Below the pieces are notes generated by a model, which was given only the letters and a program-made list of their open reading frames with translations, had not been told where the DNA came from and searched no databases. Shown piece after piece: positions 8,818 to 18,007 of a stretch of 41,371 nucleotides of DNA. The DNA comes from Candidatus Solincola tengchongensis. Its GTDB lineage: Bacteria; Actinomycetota; Geothermincolia; Geothermincolales; RBG-13-55-18. The stretch spans positions 1 to 41,371 of the forward strand of contig JACVJH010000024.1 of the NCBI GenBank assembly GCA_015711895.1, read 5' to 3'. A program made the position numbers and the translations under genes. The first letter of the stretch is position 1. Every line of letters starts with the position of its first letter.

Positions 8818-9957
8818 ATGGCTGTGCTCGAGTTGAGCGAGGAACTGAGGCTCCTGGACGGTATGGCCAGGGACTTCGCCCTCAACGAGCTCGTGGAGGG
8901 GAGGGAGGAACGTGACCACTATCCCTTCGCTCCCCCCTCCGAGGACCTTCTGGCCAAGGCAAGGGAGGTGGGATTCTTTACCATCTTCCTCCCCGAGAAG
9001 ATGGGTGGCGCGGCGGAGCCGGTACAGGCCCTGTGCCTGGTGCTGGAGGAGGTCTGCCGCGAGGATGCCAGCCTGGGAGGAGCGATATTCACCGTGGCCC
9101 TGGCCCAGGAGCTGCTGCGTCAGGCGGGTTCGGAGAAGGCCTTGATGAGAGCCTTTGCGGAAGCGGCTTCTCTCCGCGAGGCCGTGCCGGCTTTTCCCTC
9201 CTTTCACAACCCGGGCGACATGGCCCCTCTCCTTGTCGCCGAGAGGGGCGGTAGGGGATACCGGCTCACCGGGAGCGTGGAGTATGTGGTGCTGGGGAAC
9301 GTGGCCGGAAAGGCGCTCCTTCCCGCCGCCTCCGCCGCTGGCGGATGGTCGCTCTTCACGGTGGACCTGGAGGGGGAAGGGGTTCGGGTGAGCGAGCCCG
9401 TCCTCAGCCTCGGCCTGCACGCCTGCCCGGCCGTGGACCTGCGCCTGGAAGGCGTGCCCGGAACGCTGGTGGGAGAGGAGGGGAAGGGGCAGCTCTATTT
9501 CGAGGCCGCGGCGGACCGCTTGAGCGCCGCCTCCGCCGCCTGCTCCTGCGGGGTGATGAAGGGGTCCTTCGATGCCGCCCTGGAATACGCGCGCCAGAGG
9601 ATGCAGGGGGGAAGGGAGATAGTCAACTGGTCCGAGGTGCGCATGATCCTCTCCTCCATGGCCGTGCGCGCCAAGGCGGCGGAGATGCTGGTGCGACGGG
9701 CGGCTGCGGCGGTGGATGGAGGTGATCCGGGATGGGAGCTGGCCTCCCGGGCCGCCGCCCTCCTAGTCCAGGAAATGGCCGTGGAGGTGACCTGCGACGG
9801 TATCCAGATCCTGGGAGGGAACGGATACATGCAGGATTACGGGCAGGAGAAACGTTTCCGCGACGCCCAACAACTGCAGGCCCTGCTGGGCATGGTTCCC
9901 ATGCGCAGGCTCCGCTATATCCGCCGCGTGGTGGACGGGGAATCCCCGTGGTCTTGA
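8818..9957 (+). CDS. Acyl-CoA dehydrogenase-fold protein lacking the canonical C-terminal catalytic Glu
   Basis: Has the ACAD fold (…GGNGYMQDYGQEKRFRDAQ...). Where ACADs normally have IYEGT, this protein reads LQALLGM. The start is set to ATG 8818 inside ORF 8779..9957. Confidence 0.7.
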   Translation: MAVLELSEELRLLDGMARDFALNELVEGREERDHYPFAPPSEDLLAKAREVGFFTIFLPEKMGGAAEPVQALCLVLEEVCREDASLGGAIFTVALAQELLRQAGSEKALMRAFAEAASLREAVPAFPSFHNPGDMAPLLVAERGGRGYRLTGSVEYVVLGNVAGKALLPAASAAGGWSLFTVDLEGEGVRVSEPVLSLGLHACPAVDLRLEGVPGTLVGEEGKGQLYFEAAADRLSAASAACSCGVMKGSFDAALEYARQRMQGGREIVNWSEVRMILSSMAVRAKAAEMLVRRAAAAVDGGDPGWELASRAAALLVQEMAVEVTCDGIQILGGNGYMQDYGQEKRFRDAQQLQALLGMVPMRRLRYIRRVVDGESPWS

Positions 9958-9971
9958 AGGGGGTGAGCGGG

Positions 9972-11474
9972 ATGTCGAAGAAGGGCGAGTCCTCGCAACT
10001 GCTCCGGGAGTTCCCGGACTTCACGGACACCATGCACAGCCTGGTGGCCATGGAGAGGATTCCCGCGGGGGTGGTGGAGGAATGCCGCGAAGCGGTGGCG
10101 ATGGCGCGGCGCTTCAACCGCACCGTGGCCCGCAGCTACGCTCTGGAGCTGGACCGCAGGATGCAGGAAGACCCCACCTTCCTCCCCTGGGAGCTGGTGG
10201 AGGAGGCCAACCGCTGGGGTTTCTTCACCATGTGGATTCCCAAGCTCTTCGGCGGGAAGGGATGGAGCCTGAGCAGCATATCCCCCTTCGTGGAGGAGCT
10301 GGCCTCGGAATGCCTGGCCATCACCAATCTCATCGGGGTGCATTACTTCGGTTACTCCATCCTGGTGGCCACCTGGAACATACGACTCATAGACATGATC
10401 AGCCGCGAGGTGGTGGAGGGGGAGAGGGAGGGCCGGCCGTGCCTGGTCTCGGGGGCGGTCACCGAGCCGGAGGCCGGCACCGACGCCGAGGAGGTGGAGC
10501 TCCTGGCCCGGGCACGGGTCCGCTGCCATGCCCGCCGGGTGGAGGGAGGATACGTGGTCAACGGGCGAAAGATATTCATCTCCAATGGGCACCTCTCCAC
10601 CTGGCACATCCTCATCGCCTACGAGGACCTGGAGAGGCCGGACGAGACCATGATCGCCTTCGCCGTCAAGAACGGTATGCCGGGTTTCTCCTTCGGGCGC
10701 ATGGAGAAGAAGATGGGCCAGAAGGGCTGTCCGGCCAGTGAACTGGTCTTCGAGGACTGCTTTATCCCCGACGAGAACCTGCTGGTGGCCGCCTCCCAGC
10801 TCACGGGGATGAAGCGCGGGGCGCGGGAATTGGGCATGCAGCTCATCGACTTCGTGGTCTCCGCCACCCGCCCCGGGGTGGGAGCCATGGGGGCGGGGGT
10901 GGCGCGTGGGGCCTTCGAGCTCGCCCTGCGCTTCGCCCGGGAGACGGAGGTGGCCGGAAAACCCCTCATCAACCACGAATGGGCGCAGTGCCTGCTGGCG
11001 GAGATGTACAAGAACGCCGCGCTGGCCCGGCTCTCCTACATGGAGGCGAACTACTCCAACAGCATGTACGGCATGGCCAAGCTGCTCAGCTTCAAACCCC
11101 TCTACTACTACAACCGCCTGATACCCACCTCCATGTTCGACCGGTGGATGCCGGCGGCCAACAGCAGGCAAGCCACCACCGCCGTCTTCCGCAAGCTGGT
11201 CATGGACGGCCAGAGCGACGCGGAGGCCAGGCGGGCCTCGGGATGGGCATCGCTGGCCAAGGTGGCGGGCACCGACCTGGGGGTGAGGAACTGCCAGCTG
11301 GCCCTGGAACTCATGGGCCAGGCGGGGCTGCGCCACGACCGGCGAGCGGAGAAATGTCTGCGCGACGCCAAGCTCCTGCAGATATATGAGGGGACCAACC
11401 AGCTCAACAGGCTGAACGTCTTCAAGTGCCTTGTGGCTCCCGCGGCCCCGGAGGCCAGGGCTTTCGAGGACTGA
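9972..11474 (+). CDS. Acyl-CoA dehydrogenase (long form, canonical active site)
   Basis: Has the FAD/substrate motif VTEPEAGTDAEE, FISNG, and the catalytic-base motif RDAKLLQIYEGTNQLNRL. Length is 500 aa, with an extra segment between the middle and C-terminal domains. The start is ATG 9972, 14 nt after the upstream stop. The longer ORF from 9732 overlaps the previous gene. Confidence 0.8.
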   Translation: MSKKGESSQLLREFPDFTDTMHSLVAMERIPAGVVEECREAVAMARRFNRTVARSYALELDRRMQEDPTFLPWELVEEANRWGFFTMWIPKLFGGKGWSLSSISPFVEELASECLAITNLIGVHYFGYSILVATWNIRLIDMISREVVEGEREGRPCLVSGAVTEPEAGTDAEEVELLARARVRCHARRVEGGYVVNGRKIFISNGHLSTWHILIAYEDLERPDETMIAFAVKNGMPGFSFGRMEKKMGQKGCPASELVFEDCFIPDENLLVAASQLTGMKRGARELGMQLIDFVVSATRPGVGAMGAGVARGAFELALRFARETEVAGKPLINHEWAQCLLAEMYKNAALARLSYMEANYSNSMYGMAKLLSFKPLYYYNRLIPTSMFDRWMPAANSRQATTAVFRKLVMDGQSDAEARRASGWASLAKVAGTDLGVRNCQLALELMGQAGLRHDRRAEKCLRDAKLLQIYEGTNQLNRLNVFKCLVAPAAPEARAFED

Positions 11475-11694
11475 GGAGGTCGAAGACGGACCGCCCGAGG
11501 GAGGATAACCGCCCTCACGGGTGGACGGGGATACGGGGGCGGGAAACGGTACGGCATGGGCGGGGCCCCGACTCCGGGATCCCGGCCATCCGCGGAGCGG
11601 GGCTTGAGGCCGAGAAGCCGCCTTTTTAGGCGAACTATCGGGGGAAACGTCGCGGTCGCGTCCGGACTCGAGAGTGGGATCTTAGGAGGGGCTC

Positions 11695-12450
11695 ATGATG
11701 GAAACGGCAACCGAGGAGAAGCGCCGCAGGGACGTCTCGTTCGGCGAGATGTACACCTGGCACGAGGGCATGGAATGGAACCCCGTGGAAAGGGTCATCC
11801 TGGAGCGGCGCAGCGTGCGCAGGTACAAGGAGGAGCAGGTCCCGGAGAAGCTGGTGCGCCGGGTGCTGGAGGCCGGCCGCTTCGCGCCCTCCGCGGGCAA
11901 CTCCCAGCCCTGGAAGTTCATCGTCATCCGGGACCCGGGGATGCTGGAGGAGATGGAAAAATATGTTAGATTGCGCTGCCGGCTCCTGAAGTTCCTGCTG
12001 GACTGGGAGAGTAGCCCCCTGGGGAGGCTCTCCTGGTTCCTGTCGCAGGTATACATACGCCTCATGCCCAACGAGCTGCACCCCATACCCTTCGGGGCCA
12101 TCCGGCTCATCGCCGACGGGAAGCTGAGGCTCTTTCACGGCGCCCCCACGGTCATCCTCGTCCTCATGGACCGGCGAGGGGTCTCCAAGCCCCAGGTGGA
12201 CGTGGGCATCTGCGGGCAGAATATGGTCCTGGCGGCCCATTCCCTGGGCCTGGGCACCTGCTGGGTGGGCTTCGTGGAGCTCTTCAAGTTCGGCACCAAG
12301 TGGAAGAGGAAGCTGGGTATAAAGTGGCCGTACAGGCTGATGGAGGGAATAGCCCTCGGTTACCCCGTGGGAGAGCCCGACGGCATGGTGGCCCGTGAGC
12401 TGCACGAGATCGACTGGTGGGAGGACGGAAGGAAGAGAGCCGTCTTTTAA
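11695..12450 (+). CDS. Nitroreductase-family (FMN) oxidoreductase
   Basis: ERRSVRRYKEEQVPEKLVRRVLEAGRFAPSAGNSQPWKFIVIRD and a C-terminal LGLGTCWVG are hallmarks of the nitroreductase fold. An AGGAGGGG ribosome-binding site is present. Confidence 0.8.
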   Translation: MMETATEEKRRRDVSFGEMYTWHEGMEWNPVERVILERRSVRRYKEEQVPEKLVRRVLEAGRFAPSAGNSQPWKFIVIRDPGMLEEMEKYVRLRCRLLKFLLDWESSPLGRLSWFLSQVYIRLMPNELHPIPFGAIRLIADGKLRLFHGAPTVILVLMDRRGVSKPQVDVGICGQNMVLAAHSLGLGTCWVGFVELFKFGTKWKRKLGIKWPYRLMEGIALGYPVGEPDGMVARELHEIDWWEDGRKRAVF

Positions 12451-12462
12451 GGAGGTAAGGCA

Positions 12463-12795
12463 ATGGGTTACCTCACGTTCAGGGAGAGGATGACCATCCC
12501 CACCTACAACGACCCGGAAGCCTGCCGGGTGGGGAAGGTGGTCATAGACCACGAAAAGTGCAACGGGTGCGGTAACTGCGCCCTCATCTGCCCCGGGGCA
12601 TGCCTTTACGTGGCCGGGATCGGTAAGGACCGCAAGGCCTACATGATCGAAAGGATGGTCCCCGACTGCATGTCCTGCAACGACTGCGCCGCCATCTGCA
12701 GGCGAGGGGCTATCAAGGCCGCGCATGGATACGACTTCGGCGGCTTCTACAAGGTGCTCCACCGCGCGGAGATGGTCCCACCAAGGAACTTCTAA
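12463..12795 (+). CDS. 2x[4Fe-4S] ferredoxin-domain protein
   Basis: Two cluster motifs are present: CNGCGNCALICP and CMSCNDCAAICRRGAI. A strong ribosome-binding site (AAGGAGGTAAGGCA) precedes the ATG. The gene starts 12 nt after the nitroreductase stop. Confidence 0.85.
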   Translation: MGYLTFRERMTIPTYNDPEACRVGKVVIDHEKCNGCGNCALICPGACLYVAGIGKDRKAYMIERMVPDCMSCNDCAAICRRGAIKAAHGYDFGGFYKVLHRAEMVPPRNF

Positions 12796-12832
12796 GGGGT
12801 CAGGTCTTGAATTGTGATACCCTGTGGGGTAT
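12796..12832 (+). repeat. 37-nt repeated element, copy 1 (GGGGTCAGGTCTTGAAT-T-GTGATACCC-TGTG-GGGTAT)
   Basis: 32 of 37 positions are identical to 38690..38726. It contains a 6-bp stem, ATACCC/GGGTAT. The two copies differ in the 4-nt loop. It begins immediately after the ferredoxin TAA stop. Confidence 0.6.
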
Positions 12833-12989
12833 TGGGGGAGATCGGCACATCTCAAGGGCCGCCATTCCTCCCCCCACAATTCGGTGAAAAATGGGATGCG
12901 CATTTTCAGGAGCCACACCGAGGCTTGCGTCAGGCGCGAAGGCGGTCGGCGGTCCGTGACGGACCGGGATAGAAGGGAAGGGGGCGCAG

Positions 12990-13841
12990 ATGTACAAGCT
13001 CGACGGAAAGAGGGTGGTGATCACCGGGGCGGGGTCCGGGCTGGGCAGGGCGTTGCCCCTGGCCCTGGCCTCCAGGGGGTGCCGCATAGGCGCCGCGGAC
13101 ATCGACGAGGGGAGAGCGCGGGAGACCCTAGAATTGGTGCGGGCGCGGGGCGGCGAAGGCGAGGCATACCGGGTGGACGTGGGAAGGCCGGAGGAGGTGG
13201 AGGCCATGGCCGAGCACTTCTTCCGCTCCTGGGGAGGCGTGGACGTGCTGGTGAACAACGCCGGGGTGGTGTCCACCGGCTTCGTGGGGGACATCCCCCT
13301 CGAGGACTGGGAATGGGTCTTCAGGGTCAACTTCTGGGGGGTACTCTACGGATGCCATTATTTCATCCCCCGCATGAAGGCCCAGGGCGGCGGATACATC
13401 GTCAACGTGGCCTCGGCGGCGGGACTCCTCACCCTCCTGGAGATGGCCCCCTACAACGCCACCAAGGCGGCGGTCGTCGCCCTTTCGGAGACCCTGCGCA
13501 GCGAGCTGGCTCCTTTCGGCATCGGGGTGACCGCGGTTTGCCCCATGTTCTTCAACACCCGCCTCCTGGAGAGCATGCGTTATACCGACGCCTTCGAGAA
13601 GGAGTTCGCCGAGACCACATTCCGCTTCGCCCGCATGAGCGCCGAACAGGTGGCGGAGGCCGTGGTGAGAGCCGTGGAGCGCGGGCGCCTCTACGTCGTG
13701 CCTCAGTTCTCGGGGCGTTTCTTCTGGGCTCTGAAGCGCCTGCGGCCCGGGTTCTATCACGGGGCGCTGGCCTTCTTCAACCGGGACGACCTGGGGAGGC
13801 GTCTCCTGCTGTGGATGGCGCGCAAGGGGCTCGTTCAGTGA
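12990..13841 (+). CDS. Short-chain dehydrogenase/reductase (classical SDR)
   Basis: VITGAGSGLGRAL (TGxxxGxG), NNAG, and the catalytic YNATK. 283 aa, with a C-terminal extension of about 80 aa. Confidence 0.85.
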   Translation: MYKLDGKRVVITGAGSGLGRALPLALASRGCRIGAADIDEGRARETLELVRARGGEGEAYRVDVGRPEEVEAMAEHFFRSWGGVDVLVNNAGVVSTGFVGDIPLEDWEWVFRVNFWGVLYGCHYFIPRMKAQGGGYIVNVASAAGLLTLLEMAPYNATKAAVVALSETLRSELAPFGIGVTAVCPMFFNTRLLESMRYTDAFEKEFAETTFRFARMSAEQVAEAVVRAVERGRLYVVPQFSGRFFWALKRLRPGFYHGALAFFNRDDLGRRLLLWMARKGLVQ

Positions 13842-13963
13842 CCCGCGAACTTCCCGTGCCGTCGACGGTAAGGCCTCCTGTTGTCATGAGGCCGAATCCA
13901 CTGAGCCGGAGCGCTTGCCGGAAGATTCATCCAGGCACAGCAAGAGATGCTCATGAGTGGGAG

Positions 13964-13985
13964 CGAGGGCCCTGCGCCCTCGTTT
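13964..13985 (+). terminator. Weak hairpin between the two SDR genes
   Basis: CGAGGGC-CCTGC-GCCCTCG is followed by only TTT. It could be a partial terminator or a processing hairpin. Confidence 0.25.
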
Positions 13986-14080
13986 GCGGACGCGAGCTTG
14001 CCGGACGGCGAGGATTCCGATCCACCTTCCCGGATGTGAGCGAAGGTGGTATCTCGAGAGGGTGAAAGGAGGCCCGGGCG

Positions 14081-14935
14081 ATGACCGGAGCGAATCTGCC
14101 GCGCAGGAAAGGCATGGACTGGTTCCGGGGGAGGAGGGCTGTGGTCACCGGTGCCGCCTCGGGCCTGGGAAGGGGGATCGCGCTTGCCCTGGCTCGGGCG
14201 GGTTGCGACCTGGTGGCCGTGGACGTGGACGCGGAGGGTCTGGAGAGAGTGCGCGGGGAGGTCGGTGCCCTTGGTGCCGAATGCGTGACGGAGACCGTGG
14301 ACGTCTCCGTGCGCTCTCGCATGGAAGAACTTGCCAACAAACTGAATTCCCTTCCTGGCGGGGTGGACATCCTGGTGAACAACGCCGGGGTGGCCGTTTC
14401 CGGTGAGCTGGACGTCATTCCCGTGGAGGACATCGAGTGGATAGTGGGCGTGAACCTGATGGGCGAGATCTACGGGTGCCGCTTCTTCCTCCCCCACATG
14501 ATACGGCGCGGAGAGGGTCACATCGTGAACGTCGCCTCCGTTTCCGGGTTCGCCGCCCTGCCCCTCCACGTGGCTTACACGGTGACCAAATTCGGGGTCA
14601 TGGGGCTCTCGGAGATGCTCTGGGCGGAGGCGCGCAACCACGGGGTGGGCGTGACCGTAGTCTGCCCGGGGGCCATAAGCACGGATATAGGTTTTCGGGG
14701 CCGCAATCACTACCGCACGGAGAAGCAGCGGGAGAACGAGGAGCGCTATGCGGCCATGCTCCGGGAGAGGGGCATGGCCCCCGAGGTCGCCGGGAGGAAG
14801 ATTGTGGAGGCGGTGGCGGAAGGGAAATTCCTCGTCCTCCTGGGGAGGGAAGCCTACCTCCTCTACTATCTCAAGCGTTTGGCCCCCATGTCCTGCCTCC
14901 GAGTGGCCTCTTTGGTGGGACGCCGCCTCCTGTGA
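14081..14935 (+). CDS. Short-chain dehydrogenase/reductase, paralog of 12990..13841
   Basis: VVTGAASGLGRGI, NNAG, and YTVTK. It is colinear with the upstream SDR, including the C-terminal extension. An AAAGGAGG ribosome-binding site precedes ATG 14081. Confidence 0.85.
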   Translation: MTGANLPRRKGMDWFRGRRAVVTGAASGLGRGIALALARAGCDLVAVDVDAEGLERVRGEVGALGAECVTETVDVSVRSRMEELANKLNSLPGGVDILVNNAGVAVSGELDVIPVEDIEWIVGVNLMGEIYGCRFFLPHMIRRGEGHIVNVASVSGFAALPLHVAYTVTKFGVMGLSEMLWAEARNHGVGVTVVCPGAISTDIGFRGRNHYRTEKQRENEERYAAMLRERGMAPEVAGRKIVEAVAEGKFLVLLGREAYLLYYLKRLAPMSCLRVASLVGRRLL

Positions 14936-15124
14936 GCCGCCGGACTCGCCGGAGCCGGCATCGGTTCGGGTGGCGGAGATCGTTCTCCTCGCGGGGAGGG
15001 ACGAATCTCCTTTGATGGACATGGGAATTCCCCCTGTCGGTAAAATGGTTCGTCTCACAAGTGGGAACTTCGTCGGGAAGGGCACGGTATCTACCTCTCC
15101 TGGAAATCCTGGAAATTTCCGGTT

Positions 15125-15153
15125 TTGACACAAGCTGCCGACATCGGTATGGA
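15125..15153 (+). promoter_or_regulatory. Candidate promoter far upstream of acs
   Basis: TTGACA (15125-15130), a 17-nt spacer, then TATGGA (15148-15153). Directly upstream are a tandem CCTGGAAAT x2 (15099-15116) and the 10-bp palindrome GGAAATTTCC (15111-15120). Confidence 0.25.
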
Positions 15154-15622
15154 GTCCGATGTCCTCATTCAAGAGATTTCTTTTCGTGGATCAAGGGAGG
15201 GCCGGCGGCGCCTGCCGATCAAGGTATCCGGCAGCGAGGTTGGACATGGCGGGAAGGCCCGTGTCAGACGGCCGGCGGCAACCTGCTTCCAGACGTACCG
15301 TAGGAGCTCATAGCTCCCTTTGATGACCTGGAAGCTGAACTAAGGCTCGTTGTCGTCGCCTCTCGCGCCAAGGCATTCTTATTCCTCTCTCTTCAGACAG
15401 GTCGACGGGGGTGGGCGAGTTCGGACGGAGCGCGTTTCGATCAACGTCATGGGGCGAATAATGGAGGATGAAGGCTATGTGATGATTAGGAAGGGGGCAT
15501 GAGCCGGAAACCGGGATCCGTAAAAGACCCGGGAGGGACCGTGCGCAACCCGAAAGGACGGTGGAGACGGTCTCATGACGGATGAAGGTTTCATGACGCA
15601 TGAAGAAGCGAGGAGGGTGGAC

Positions 15623-17551
<1,929 letters not shown>

Positions 17552-17853
17552 GCCTTCCAAAGGACGGATGGCCCGAATCCCGCGGGCGTTAAAGGATAAG
17601 AAGCCGTTGACCTCCATGCCGGGGGTAACCGTTTCCGGGGCCTTACAAGGTCTCCCAGAACCCGTGCGAGGAATCCAGGGCCCATAGCGTAAAGCCGGGA
17701 ATATGCGGGTCTGCGATCACGGGGCCTCCAGGCGCGGAACCCCTGCCCCCTCCACCGGGAGGACCCCTGCCCCCTCCCCGGAGATAATCTCCACGGCGAC
17801 CGAGCGACGGGCCTTTTGCTTGATCCGTTAAGGAAAAACTTCTCGACGGCCGA

Positions 17854-17882
17854 TTGACTTAACCAAACGGGGGCTTCATACT
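17854..17882 (+). promoter_or_regulatory. Candidate promoter for the flippase-like gene
   Basis: TTGACT (17854-17859), a 17-nt spacer, then CATACT (17877-17882). Confidence 0.3.
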
Positions 17883-18007
17883 TGTCCGGTGGCTCCGGCT
17901 TCCCGGAGCCCTTGGGCGGGGGTGAGTCCCCGCCGTGTTTATGCGGGGAGGAGGCGCCGCCGGCAGGGGCTCGCCTCCGGGCGAGCGAGGAAGCCTGAGG
18001 AAGGCCG

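Noticed and set aside
9732-9971. An 80-codon upstream extension of the second ACAD ORF.
   Set aside because: It overlaps the 3' end of the preceding ACAD in another frame and has wrong-frame composition. ATG 9972 follows the upstream stop by 14 nt.
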